From an uncultured delta proteobacterium (GTDB lineage: Bacteria > Desulfobacterota > RBG-13-43-22), in assembly GCA_963711835.1 (NCBI GenBank), contig CAVQFQ010000017.1, forward strand, positions 32,001-96,000: DNA of 64,000 nt. Reading direction: 5' to 3'. The notes beneath the pieces were generated by a model. That model saw nothing but the letters and a program-made list of their open reading frames with translations, searched no databases and was not told where the DNA came from. This document shows positions 1-9,991 of the stretch, piece after piece; position 1 is the stretch's first letter, and each line of letters begins with the position of its first letter. The translations under genes and the position numbers were made by a program.

Positions 1-1
1 G

Positions 2-1582
2 GCCGAGGACCAGGAACAGATCGATAAGTTCCTGGAGATTCAAGCGCGATTGCCCCGAATCCGGAAGGCCGTCTACTGGGACCGGCGCGGGATGTGGCAG
101 TACCAAAACCCTATCCTGATGGAGTTTGGCCAGGTGCAGGAACTGGGGAGAAGGGCCCACCAGTCCCACCCCCAACGGTTCGATCGGTCCATCGACCAGG
201 GAAAGGGCGAAGATATCGCCCTGCTCAGTTACACCTCGGGCACCACCGGCCTGCCCAAGGGGGTCATCATCTCACAAAGCTACCTGCTGGATAATGCCTT
301 TCGCATCATCATGGCCAACGCCTTTAAACCCTTCAGCCAATACCTGTCCTACCTGTCGCCCGCCTGGGTGACCGAACACTTCTTTGCCGCCATCGGGGTC
401 ATCCTCCCCCTGACCTACAACTTTCCCGAGGAGCCGGAGACGATCCTGGCCAACATCCGAGAACTGGGGGCTGAAATCCTGGTTTTCGGGCCCCGGCAGT
501 GGGAGAGCCTGGCCTCGACCGTCCAGGCGGCCATGCTCGATGCCGGGCCTGTCCGCCGGGCCTTTTATCAGACCGGCATGAAGATCGGCTTAAAGCGGGC
601 CGATGAGCAGACCGAAGGCCTTAAGTCCGCATGGTTCTGGCGCCTGCTTCACCCGCTGGCCGAACAACTGGTCCTGGGACCGCTTCGGGACAACCTGGGG
701 CTCAAAAAGACCTATTATGCCCTGACCGGGGGTGCGCCCTGCGCACCCGATGTCTTCCGCTTCTACCATGCCATGGGGGTGCGCCTGCGCAACGCTTACG
801 GCAACTCGGAGTTAGGCATGTTTACCCAGCACCGGGGCGACCTGTTCGACCCGGAAACCCTGGGGCAATGGTACACCTCCCATCCTGATTTCGGCCCGCC
901 GCTGGAACACCGGCTGGATGAAAACGGCGGACTGCAGGTGCGCGGCGCCTCGGGTTTCTCGGGGTACTATAAAAACGAGGCGGGCACGCAGGAGGCGGTT
1001 AGGGACGGTTGGTATATAACCGGCGACGCCGCCCGGATGAAGGAGAACGGCGATCTGATCTTCCTCGACCGGGTCAAGGACCTTAAACAGCTTTCCAGCG
1101 GGCACCACTTTCCCCCCCAGTTCATCGAGACCCGATTCCGGTTCAGCCCCTTCATTAAAGACGGTATGGTCCTGGGGGATGAGCAGAAGCCCTTCGTGGC
1201 GGCCCTGATCAACATCGATTCCGAGACCGTAGGCCGTTGGGCCGAACGGCAGGGCATCCCTTACACCACCTTCCCGGACCTGTCGCAGAAACCGGAAGTC
1301 TGTGACCTCATCCGCGGCGAGCTGGAACGGGTCAACCGCAATCTGGACGGGCCTTCCCGGGTCAAACGCTTTGTCAATTTGCCCAAGGAATTCGACCCGG
1401 ACGAGGCCGAGCTGACCCGGACGCGCAAACTCCGGCGGGGATTCCTCGAAGAGCGCTACAGCGGGCTGATCGAGGCGATCTACGGCGGCCAGCAGGTTTA
1501 CGAGGCTGAGGTGCCGGTCAAATACCGGGACGGACGGACCGGCCTGGTCAAGACCAATATCCGCATCAACCCTATCACCTAA
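2..1582 (+). CDS. Long-chain acyl-CoA synthetase (AMP-binding), 5' end outside the window
   Basis: YTSGTTGLPKG AMP-binding loop, YGNSE, TGD and ELTRTRKLRR motifs; frame is open from the window edge (AEDQEQIDK...). Confidence 0.9.
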   Translation, partial: AEDQEQIDKFLEIQARLPRIRKAVYWDRRGMWQYQNPILMEFGQVQELGRRAHQSHPQRFDRSIDQGKGEDIALLSYTSGTTGLPKGVIISQSYLLDNAFRIIMANAFKPFSQYLSYLSPAWVTEHFFAAIGVILPLTYNFPEEPETILANIRELGAEILVFGPRQWESLASTVQAAMLDAGPVRRAFYQTGMKIGLKRADEQTEGLKSAWFWRLLHPLAEQLVLGPLRDNLGLKKTYYALTGGAPCAPDVFRFYHAMGVRLRNAYGNSELGMFTQHRGDLFDPETLGQWYTSHPDFGPPLEHRLDENGGLQVRGASGFSGYYKNEAGTQEAVRDGWYITGDAARMKENGDLIFLDRVKDLKQLSSGHHFPPQFIETRFRFSPFIKDGMVLGDEQKPFVAALINIDSETVGRWAERQGIPYTTFPDLSQKPEVCDLIRGELERVNRNLDGPSRVKRFVNLPKEFDPDEAELTRTRKLRRGFLEERYSGLIEAIYGGQQVYEAEVPVKYRDGRTGLVKTNIRINPIT

Positions 1583-1601
1583 GGAGGGCCCGGAGTCGTC
1601 T

Positions 1602-2501
1602 ATGAAACCATTGTTTTATATTGACCTGCTCCAGTACACGCTGGACGGAACGTTTACGGGCGTGCTCTACGCCGTCATCGCCATCGCCTTTATCGTGGTC
1701 TACCGGGCCGGCCGTATTCTGAATTTCGCTCAGGGAGAGGTGATCATCTTCATGGCCTACATCATCTGGACCCTGATCGCGCTGGCCCGACTGCCGGTCT
1801 GGGTGGTGATCCCTTTATCGCTGGCGGTGGCCATGATCCTGGGACTGGTCATCGAGCGGGGCATCTTCCGGCCCCTGATCGGGCAGCCTATCTGGGCCAT
1901 GGTCATGGTCACCATCGGCCTGATGATCCTGATCCAGGGCATCACCCAGGTTATTTGGGGCGGCGGAGAGCGGCCCTTTCCCCTCCTCTTCCCCCGGGCG
2001 CCGGTGAAAATAGGGCCGCTCCTCTTTACCAGTTCCATATTCTGGGGCGGCCTGATTTCCCTGTTCATTGTGCTGGGTCTGGCCCTGGTCTTTGAAAAGA
2101 CCCGTTGGGGTCTCAGGCTCACCGCCGTGGCCGAAAACCACCAGGTAGCCCAGGCCATGGGCATCTCGGTCAAGAGCTCCATTGCCATCGCCTGGATGAT
2201 CGGCTGGGCCTTGTCCAGCTTTGCGGCCGTGGTCTTCCTTAATGGAAAAGTCCTGACCTTCGCCGCTGCCGCTATCGGCCTGCATGCCCTGCCGGTGGTG
2301 CTCCTGGCCGGGCTGGAATCCATCGGCGGCGCCCTGCTGGCCGGGATTATTATGGGGATAGGCGAGTCCTGGGCTTCCGCCTTTCTTGACCCCTATACGG
2401 CCGGAGCCAGCTCCCAGGCCTTTCCCTATGTCCTGATGCTGATCGTGCTCCTGGTTCGGCCCCAAGGCCTGTTCGGCTGGAAGATCATCGAAAGGGTGTA
2501 A
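1602..2501 (+). CDS. livH: Branched-chain amino acid-type ABC permease (LivH family)
   Basis: LNFAQGE motif, many TM helices, C-terminal RPQGLFG. Confidence 0.9.
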   Translation: MKPLFYIDLLQYTLDGTFTGVLYAVIAIAFIVVYRAGRILNFAQGEVIIFMAYIIWTLIALARLPVWVVIPLSLAVAMILGLVIERGIFRPLIGQPIWAMVMVTIGLMILIQGITQVIWGGGERPFPLLFPRAPVKIGPLLFTSSIFWGGLISLFIVLGLALVFEKTRWGLRLTAVAENHQVAQAMGISVKSSIAIAWMIGWALSSFAAVVFLNGKVLTFAAAAIGLHALPVVLLAGLESIGGALLAGIIMGIGESWASAFLDPYTAGASSQAFPYVLMLIVLLVRPQGLFGWKIIERV

Positions 2502-2504
2502 CCC

Positions 2505-3569
2505 ATGGCCATTTTACCCTGCGGCGTTCATTTCGAAACCTATCGGCAGCACCTGGCTTATTTGAGAACCCGACCCCAATGGACGGTCTTTATCCTTTTA
2601 ATGTTGCTGCTGGCCGGGCTTCCGCAAATCCTCAGCGTCCGCTTCATCGCCATGATCAGCATGGCCACCATGATCAGCATCGCCGTGGTCGGGCTGCAGA
2701 TCACCACCGGCTATGCCGGACTGCTTAACCTGGGCCAGTCGGCCTTCATGGGCATGGGGGCTTTCGTCTGCGGTTCCTTGGCCGTCAATTTCAACCTGCC
2801 CTTCTGGATTACCATCCCCGCCGGCGGGTTGGGCGGGGCGATGCTGGGGGCCGTCTTCGGCATCCCGGCCCTGCGGATCAAGGGCTTTTACCTGGCCATC
2901 ACCACTATTGCCGCCCAGGTTATCTTCCCCTTGATCATCATGCACATGCCCAACCGCTGGTTTGGGGGGGCCATCGGGTTGAATCTGGAACCGGCCCGCC
3001 TGGGCTCCATCACTTTCAACAGCGACATTTCCCTTTATTACTTCATCATCGGCGCCGCGGTAATCATGCTTTTCCTGGCCTTTAACCTGGTGCGCTCCCG
3101 AGTGGGACGGGCCCTGATCGCCGTCCGGGACAACGACATCGCCGCCGAGATGACCGGCATCAATCTCTTCTATTACAAGACCCTGGCCTTTGCCATCGGG
3201 GCGGGTTATGCGGGCGTGGCCGGAGGGCTTTGGTCCTATTACCTGCGCTATGTAGGGGCGGACCAGTTCACCCTGTATTTTTCCGTCTGGTACATGGGCA
3301 TGCTCATCGTGGGAGGCCTGGGAAGCATCCTGGGGGCAATCTTAGGCACCTTCTTTATTAGGGCCTTACAGGAGTTCATCACCGCCCTGGCGCCCTTCCT
3401 GGTCCAATACCTGCCGCAAACAGGCAGTGCGGCCATCTGGTTCGCGGGCATGAACATCCTCTTGGGCGGTATCATCATTCTTTTTCTTATATACGAGCCC
3501 AGGGGGCTGGTCCACCGCTGGAATATTCTTAAGACCTCCTATCGCATTTGGCCCTTCCCTTACCTCTAA
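2505..3569 (+). CDS. livM: Branched-chain amino acid-type ABC permease (LivM family)
   Basis: GYAGLLNLGQSAFMG, LRIKGFYLAITT, GRALIAVRDN and EPRGL motifs. Confidence 0.9.
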   Translation: MAILPCGVHFETYRQHLAYLRTRPQWTVFILLMLLLAGLPQILSVRFIAMISMATMISIAVVGLQITTGYAGLLNLGQSAFMGMGAFVCGSLAVNFNLPFWITIPAGGLGGAMLGAVFGIPALRIKGFYLAITTIAAQVIFPLIIMHMPNRWFGGAIGLNLEPARLGSITFNSDISLYYFIIGAAVIMLFLAFNLVRSRVGRALIAVRDNDIAAEMTGINLFYYKTLAFAIGAGYAGVAGGLWSYYLRYVGADQFTLYFSVWYMGMLIVGGLGSILGAILGTFFIRALQEFITALAPFLVQYLPQTGSAAIWFAGMNILLGGIIILFLIYEPRGLVHRWNILKTSYRIWPFPYL

Positions 3570-3642
3570 GGCAGAGATGCGAAGAAGGAACCATTTTTTG
3601 AAGCGCGTTGATAAGAATCTAATGCAAGAAAGGAGAAACAGT

Positions 3643-4869
3643 ATGAGCAAGAAATGGATTTATTGGTTGGGAGCGCCTTTGGTCCTGGTCCTGATGACCA
3701 CAGCGGTCTGGTCGGCCGGGTACAACATCTCGGTCTCGCTGGACTACACCGGACCCTATGCCGTAATCATGCCACCCTTTGAATCAACCCGCAAGGCCTT
3801 GACGGCCTGGTGGAATGAGACCAAGGGCAAGAAGTTGGGGATCGAACTCAAAGACGTCGGTTATGACATGCGCTACGACCCCAGTGTGGTGGCCAGTACC
3901 TGGCCGGGCATCCTGTCCAAGGACAAGCCCATCGCCCATATGGGATTGGGCGGTCCGGACGTGGCCGCCCTGATGAAGCGCCTGCCCAACGACAAGGTGC
4001 CCATGTTTATGTCCACGGCCACCTACGGATTCGCCTGGCTGCCGGACACCTGGGTCTTCCAGCCGCGGCCCCCTTATGCCCATGAGGCCGCCGGGTTCTT
4101 CAACTGGATCCACAAGAATGTGATCAAGGACCGTAAAATCCGGATCGCCGCCATCAATTCCAAGGTCTCCCCGGCCTATGTGGACATGATCAACGGGATT
4201 GAGGCCTTCTGCAAGGCCACCCCCTGGACCGAATGGGTGGGCGTGGAATGGATCGCCATGAAGCCGGTCTCCCTCCTTCCTGAAGTCCGGCGCCTGTCCC
4301 GGTTGAACCCGGACTTTATCTGGATCGCCACCAACACGGCCCATGTCATCTCAACCATCCAGGCCCAGAAGGAGCTGGGTATCCACATCCCTATCCTGAT
4401 GGCCTCCCATAATGGCATCGACATGTCCACCGTGGCCTCCAAGGACATCAAGCTGCTCGAAGGCCATTACGACTCCTATGCCATGGATCCGGGCATGGAC
4501 CCCGACGTTCCCGGAGCCAAGATCGTCATCGAGTATTGTAAAAAGCTGGGCATCAAGGACCACTGGAGCAATCTCAGCGTCCAGGCCGCCTTGATGCAGT
4601 TGATGGTCCTCAAGGGGGTCGAAAGGGCCGCGGCCAAGGTCGGCCCGGATAAAATCACCGGGCAGACTGTTTACGAGGCCATGTTTCAGGGACCGCTGAC
4701 CGAAGAAGACCTTCTTGGGCTGGCCCCGGCCATGACCTTCACCAAAGACGCCCCTTTTTCAACCAAAAACCTGAGGGTAAAGATCACCACCGTCAAGGAC
4801 GGCAAGCAGGTGCAGTTAACTAAGGACTGGGTGCCCATTCCGGATTTTCCCAAGTGGGTTGCCCAATAG
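3643..4869 (+). CDS. ABC substrate-binding protein (LivJ/K-like)
   Basis: Signal peptide after ATG 3643 preceded by AGGAGA; DYTGPYA motif; operon context. Confidence 0.8.
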   Translation: MSKKWIYWLGAPLVLVLMTTAVWSAGYNISVSLDYTGPYAVIMPPFESTRKALTAWWNETKGKKLGIELKDVGYDMRYDPSVVASTWPGILSKDKPIAHMGLGGPDVAALMKRLPNDKVPMFMSTATYGFAWLPDTWVFQPRPPYAHEAAGFFNWIHKNVIKDRKIRIAAINSKVSPAYVDMINGIEAFCKATPWTEWVGVEWIAMKPVSLLPEVRRLSRLNPDFIWIATNTAHVISTIQAQKELGIHIPILMASHNGIDMSTVASKDIKLLEGHYDSYAMDPGMDPDVPGAKIVIEYCKKLGIKDHWSNLSVQAALMQLMVLKGVERAAAKVGPDKITGQTVYEAMFQGPLTEEDLLGLAPAMTFTKDAPFSTKNLRVKITTVKDGKQVQLTKDWVPIPDFPKWVAQ

Positions 4870-4899
4870 TTTAATCCGATCCGGAACGGGAGGACTCCC

Positions 4900-5694
4900 A
4901 TGCTGGAACTGACCAATGTTGAAATGATCTATAACAAGGTCATCATGGTCCTCAAGGGGGTCTCCCTGTCCGTTCCCCAGGGAGGCATCGTGGCCCTTCT
5001 CGGGGCCAACGGGGCGGGCAAGACCTCAACCTTGAAAAGCATCTCCGGCCTGGAGCACACCGAAGAAGGCGAGGTCACCCGGGGGCATATCCATTTTGAA
5101 GGCCGGCGCATCGAGCACATGGACCCGACCCAGATCGTTCGTCTGGGGATCATTCAGGTCATGGAAGGACGGAAGGTCCTCGAACACCTGACCGTCGAAC
5201 AGAACCTGTTGGTTGGGTCCCACCTCCGCCCCGGGATGCGGGAGGTCCGTCAGGACATGGACCTGGTCTTCGATTATTTCCCGGCCCTCAAGGCCCTCCG
5301 ACATCATACCTCCGGCTATCTATCCGGTGGTGAACAACAGATGCTGGTGGTGGGTCGGGCCTTGATCGCCCGACCCAAGCTGGTCCTGCTTGATGAACCG
5401 TCTCTGGGACTGGCCCCCCTGCTGGTTCAGGAAATCTTCCGGGTTTTGAAGGAGGTCAACCAGCGGGAAAAGATCACTATGCTCTTGGTCGAGCAGAATG
5501 TGCGCGTTGCCCTGGAAATCGCCCAGCACGGCTACATCATGGAAAACGGCCGGATCGTGCTCGACGGGTCCTCGAATGCCCTCCTGGAAAACGAGGACAT
5601 CAAGGAATTCTACCTGGGGTTGAGCCTGAAGGGAAAACGGAAGAGCTACCGCGAGGCCAAGCATTACAAACGCCGGAAGCGCTGGCTGGGGTGA
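4900..5694 (+). CDS. livF: ABC ATP-binding protein (LivF family)
   Basis: GANGAGKTS Walker A, LSGGEQQM signature, LLDEPSLGLAP, LLVEQN. Confidence 0.92.
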   Translation: MLELTNVEMIYNKVIMVLKGVSLSVPQGGIVALLGANGAGKTSTLKSISGLEHTEEGEVTRGHIHFEGRRIEHMDPTQIVRLGIIQVMEGRKVLEHLTVEQNLLVGSHLRPGMREVRQDMDLVFDYFPALKALRHHTSGYLSGGEQQMLVVGRALIARPKLVLLDEPSLGLAPLLVQEIFRVLKEVNQREKITMLLVEQNVRVALEIAQHGYIMENGRIVLDGSSNALLENEDIKEFYLGLSLKGKRKSYREAKHYKRRKRWLG

Positions 5695-5697
5695 TGT

Positions 5698-5860
5698 AAT
5701 ACGAAAATACGAAATTCGAAACAATCTCGAACGTCCAAAATTCAAATGAACAAAACATCACCCCCTCTCTTGACGGGAGTGGGTAGGCTTGTATTCGTCC
5801 TTCCTAATTCCCCCATTCCAGAGAAGCAAAGGTTTCGAATTTCGGGTTTCGAGTTTCGGT
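5698..5860. repeat. Intergenic heptamer-like (AATTCGA/TTTCGAA) inverted-repeat element
   Basis: aatacgaaaatacgaaattcgaaacaa at the left and tttcgaatttcgggtttcgagtttcg at the right; a related copy lies at 9826-9952. Confidence 0.55.
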
Positions 5861-5900
5861 CTAATGTTTCCTGAACCGATCGGCAAAGAGAGGTATATGT

Positions 5901-6684
5901 ATGGATTATGAAACCCTTCAGTTCCAAGTCGAGGATCGGGTGGCGATCGTTGCCTTGAACCGTCCCAGGAGTCTCAACGCCCTCAATAGAAAACTGATCG
6001 AGGAACTGGACCAGGCCCTGAGCGTCATAGAAGGGGATGCGGAAGTGGGCGTGGTCATCATCACCGGCCAGGAGAAATTTTTCGCCGTCGGCGCCGACAT
6101 TCCGGAAATCAGCGGCCTTGATACCCCGCTGGCGGCCCAGGCTTTCGTCACCCGAGTCAACCAGGTTCTCAATCGCCTGGAGGCCCTGCCCAAACCGGTC
6201 ATTGCCGCGGTTTCAGGTCTGGCCCTGGGCGGCGGCTGCGAACTGGCCCTGTGCTGCGACCTCCGGATCGCGGCTGAAGGGGCGCGGTTCGGACAACCCG
6301 AAATCAAGATCGGCGTCATACCCGGAGGCGGGCGGGACGCAGCGTTTACCGCGGCTGGTGGGACTGGGCCGGGCCAAGGAAATGCTTTTCCTCGGCAACC
6401 CTATCGATGCCGACGAGGCCTTCCGAATCGGACTGGTCAATCGGGTGGTACCTGTCGGTTCACTCTTAGACGAAGCCAAGAAGATAGCCCAAGAGCTGCT
6501 GAAGCTGCCTCCCCTGGCCCTGCGAATGACCAAGTGGGTGGTGAACGAAGGAATCAACACCGACCTCCGGACCGGCCTGGGGCTGGAGGCCCGCTGCTTT
6601 GAATTCCTGTTTTCAACTGCCGACCAGAAGGAAGGTATGAAGGCCTTTTTGGAGAAACGAAGGCCCAATTTTCAGGGAAGATAA
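5901..6684 (+). CDS. Enoyl-CoA hydratase/crotonase, frameshifted near 6330
   Basis: LNRPRSLNALN, ALGGGCELAL, GQPEIKIGVIPG in one frame; GGTQRLPRLVG...EGMKAFLEKRRPNFQGR in the next. Confidence 0.9.
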
Positions 6685-6744
6685 GATCAAAGAGGCTGGC
6701 TGGGGACTTATTGGATTGTATTAAAAATAGTTAGAAAAAGGTTT

Positions 6745-6985
6745 TCTCTCGCCCGCTCATCACGCCTTTGGCGTGATTCGCTCGAGTTCACAGAGTTCTC
6801 AGAGAAAGGCTGATTGTTTTTTAAGAAAAATCGTTGAGAAGCCGATTTTTCATAAACTTCCAGCGCCTTCGGCGCATTAAACCAGTTTCTCCGCGAAGCG
6901 GCAGAATTCTTTTTGATTGCCGTCCTCTCAACGGCAATCAAAAATATATTTTTCTCGGCGATCTCTGCGTGCTCTGTGAGAGATC
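6745..6985. repeat. Non-coding palindromic/MITE-like element
   Basis: cacagagttctcagaga...ctctgcgtgctctgtg inverted motifs; internal hairpins tcacgcc-ttt-ggcgtga and tttttgattgccgt...acggcaatcaaaaa. Confidence 0.5.
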
Positions 6986-7056
6986 GTCTTTTGTCTTTGG
7001 TTGTAGCTTTGCCGCGCTTCGTCTTTGCTTGGTGAAATAAATATAAGGAGGATTCA

Positions 7057-8226
7057 ATGAGAGAAGTAGTCATACTGGGCGTGGGCATGACCAAATTCGG
7101 CATCTCCGAGTTGACCCAGAAGGAAATGTTTGTTCAGGCGGCCCTGGAGGCCTTAGACGAGTCGGGTTTGGAAGGCCGGGACCTGGAAGGGCTCTTCATC
7201 GGCAATGTCCTGGGCGACTACGAAGAAGGCCAGTTAAATATCGCCCCTTTTCTGGGTCATGAAATCGGTCTGCCGACATCAGCCCCGTCCACCCGCTTCG
7301 AAGGCGCCTGCGCCTCGGCCACGGTGGCCGTGCGCAACGCCGCTTTGATGGTCGCCGGCGGCGTGCACGACCTGGTCATTGCCGGCGGCACCGAGCGTAC
7401 AGCCATCATGGGTACGCCGCTGGCCACCAAAACCTTTGCCATGGGCAGCCACGCTGAATACGAGAGCTGGGCCGGGATCACTTTCCCCGGCGTCTTCGCC
7501 ATGGTGGCCCACCTTTATGCCGTCAAGTACGGCCTGGCGCTGAAAGAACTTAAGGAATGCATGGCCCAGGTCTCGGTAAAAAACCACTATAACGGGGCGC
7601 GCAACCCCTTGGCCCACTTCCAGAAAGAGATCACCGTGGAAAAGGTTCTAAGCGGACCAATGATCGCCGATCCGCTTCAGCTTTTGGACTGCTGCCCCTT
7701 TTCCGATGGGGCGGCAGCCGTGGTCCTGGCGGCAGCGGACAAGTTCAGGGGCCAGGTGAAAAAACCGATCCATGTGGCCGGGACCGGCCAGGGGTCGGCC
7801 GGGGCCCTCATCCATCAGAAGGACATCACCCGCATCAAGGCCCGTGAAGCTTCCATCGCCACGGCCTACCGGCAAGCCGGCATTGGACCGGCCGAGGTGG
7901 ACGTCTGCGAACTCCATGACTGCTTCACCATCGCCGAGATCATTGCCAGCGAGGCCCTGGGCTTTTTCGAATTCGGCCAGGGGGCCGAGGCGGCCCGCCG
8001 CGGTGACACCGCGCTGACCGGTAAGATCCCCATCAACCCCTCAGGGGGTCTCAAGGCCAAGGGACATCCCATCGGGGCCACCGGGGCGGCCCAGGTCTAT
8101 GAGATCGTCAAGCAGTTGCGGGGCGAAGCCGGAGCCCGGCAGGTCGAGGGGGCAAAGATCGGCGTGGTTGACACCCTGGGCGGCGATTTCAGCACCGTCT
8201 GCAACCTGGTTTTAAGGAGGAAGTAA
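7057..8226 (+). CDS. SCP2-type thiolase
   Basis: EGACASA (Cys), ELHDCF, NPSGGLKAKGHPIGATG. Confidence 0.9.
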   Translation: MREVVILGVGMTKFGISELTQKEMFVQAALEALDESGLEGRDLEGLFIGNVLGDYEEGQLNIAPFLGHEIGLPTSAPSTRFEGACASATVAVRNAALMVAGGVHDLVIAGGTERTAIMGTPLATKTFAMGSHAEYESWAGITFPGVFAMVAHLYAVKYGLALKELKECMAQVSVKNHYNGARNPLAHFQKEITVEKVLSGPMIADPLQLLDCCPFSDGAAAVVLAAADKFRGQVKKPIHVAGTGQGSAGALIHQKDITRIKAREASIATAYRQAGIGPAEVDVCELHDCFTIAEIIASEALGFFEFGQGAEAARRGDTALTGKIPINPSGGLKAKGHPIGATGAAQVYEIVKQLRGEAGARQVEGAKIGVVDTLGGDFSTVCNLVLRRK

Positions 8227-8637
8227 ATGCAGCCCTATCCCTTGAATTACCATCAATTTGTGGAAGGCCTCAAGGCCGGCCGGTTGCCGGGCCTCAAATG
8301 CCAGGACTGCGGGACCGTCTTCACCCCGCCCAATGGGGTCTGTGTGAACTGCAGCGGCCGGAGCTTTGTCTCAGCCGACCTGATTCCCAGGGGCACGATT
8401 CGGACCTTTACCGTCATCCGCGTCAGCCCTGAAGGTTTTACCCCCCCCTATATTGTGGCTATGGTCGAACTGGAAGACGGCCCTTTCGTGCTGGGCAATC
8501 TGGAGGGCCTCAATCCCGATTTGGCCGGCCTGGACCTCATCGGCCGCCCGGTTACGGTGGGGCAGCGGATCTTTCCCAAGCCGGAAGACCAGTCAGGGGC
8601 GGACGGTGCCGCCTTAACCTTCTCTTTGTCCGATTAG
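8227..8637 (+). CDS. Zn-ribbon/OB-fold (DUF35) thiolase partner
   Basis: CQDC..CVNC zinc ribbon, [19 protein letters not shown]; abuts the thiolase. Confidence 0.88.
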   Translation: MQPYPLNYHQFVEGLKAGRLPGLKCQDCGTVFTPPNGVCVNCSGRSFVSADLIPRGTIRTFTVIRVSPEGFTPPYIVAMVELEDGPFVLGNLEGLNPDLAGLDLIGRPVTVGQRIFPKPEDQSGADGAALTFSLSD

Positions 8638-8656
8638 ACCTCAAGAAAGGGGTACG

Positions 8657-9811
8657 ATGAACTTTGACCTGACCGATGAACAGACCATGATCCGGGATAT
8701 GGCCCGGGATTTTGCCAATGAAGTCATCCGGCCCCGGGCCGAAGAGATGGACGAGACGGGCGAGTATCCCTACGACATCCTCCAAAAGATGGCCGAGTTG
8801 GGTATGATGGGCATCCCTTTCCCGGAGGTCTACGGCGGATCGGGCGGTGATTGGCTAGGCTACCATCTCTGCCTCGAGGAAATTTCCCGGGGCGATGCTA
8901 CGGTGGGGGCTTGTCTCGAGGTGACTACGGCTGTGGTGGGCGAGGAGCTCTTTCGATTCGGCACCGAGGAGCAGAAGCGGCAATGGTTGATCCCGGTCGC
9001 CCAGGGCCGGATCATCGGGGCCTTCGCCTTGACCGAGCCGGACTCCGGTTCGGATGCCGGGGCCCTGCGCACCTCGGCCGTCAAGGACGGCAACGACTGG
9101 GTCCTCAATGGCAGAAAACAGTTCATCACCAACATCGGCTTGGAGAACTCGACCTTCGCCCTGGTGGCCGCCCAAAGCGGCAAGAGCGGGGGCGGCCGGA
9201 ATGTGATTTCCACTTTTATTGTCCCCAAGGACCAGACCGGGTTTAACCTGGGCAAGCGGTATAAGAAAATGGGCTGGCAGGCCTCGGCCACTCACGAGAT
9301 CATCTTTGAGGACTGCCGCATACCGGCCGACAGTCTGCTGGGTGATCCCAACAAAGGCTTTGCCCAGCACCTGGCGGCATTGCAGACCGGCCGTATCGCC
9401 ATCGCTGCCGTGGCTGTAGGCCTGGCCCAGGCCTGTCTGGACGAGGCCCTGGCCTATGCCAAGGAGCGTCAACAGTTCGGCCGGCCCATCTTCGAGTTCC
9501 AGGCCATCCAGCATAAGCTGGCCGACATGGCCGTAGCCATCGAATTGGGCCGCAACCAGTACCTGAAAGCCGCCTGGCTCAAGGACAACGACCGGCCGCA
9601 CACCTTTGAGGCTACGGCAGCCAAGCTCTTCGCCTCGGAAATGGCTGAAAAAGTGGCCAGCGACGCCCTGCAGATCCATGGCGGGTACGGCTACATGCGG
9701 GAATATCCGGTTTCCCGCTACTACCAGGGCGCCAAGCTGCTCCAGATCGTCGAGGGCACCTCGGAGGTCCAGCGGATGATCCTGGGGCGTCTGCTGGCGG
9801 CCAAACCTTGA
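8657..9811 (+). CDS. Acyl-CoA dehydrogenase
   Basis: [47 protein letters not shown]. Confidence 0.95.
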   Translation: MNFDLTDEQTMIRDMARDFANEVIRPRAEEMDETGEYPYDILQKMAELGMMGIPFPEVYGGSGGDWLGYHLCLEEISRGDATVGACLEVTTAVVGEELFRFGTEEQKRQWLIPVAQGRIIGAFALTEPDSGSDAGALRTSAVKDGNDWVLNGRKQFITNIGLENSTFALVAAQSGKSGGGRNVISTFIVPKDQTGFNLGKRYKKMGWQASATHEIIFEDCRIPADSLLGDPNKGFAQHLAALQTGRIAIAAVAVGLAQACLDEALAYAKERQQFGRPIFEFQAIQHKLADMAVAIELGRNQYLKAAWLKDNDRPHTFEATAAKLFASEMAEKVASDALQIHGGYGYMREYPVSRYYQGAKLLQIVEGTSEVQRMILGRLLAAKP

Positions 9812-9825
9812 CAGGGATGATCCTT

Positions 9826-9952
9826 TAAATTCGAAGCAGGGAATTCGAAATTCGAAACAAGTCTCAATAACCAAAATCTAAATGATTTAAACCTTTAATT
9901 TTTTAGACATTGAGACAATTGAGTTTTGAATTTGTTTCGGATTTCGAATTTT
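9826..9952. repeat. Second heptamer-like inverted-repeat element
   Basis: aaattcgaag..gaattcgaaattcgaaacaa ... ttgtttcggatttcgaatt between convergent genes. Confidence 0.55.
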
Positions 9953-9991
9953 ATAAATCTATCCCTTAAAATAAATCAGCTTCATATGCTT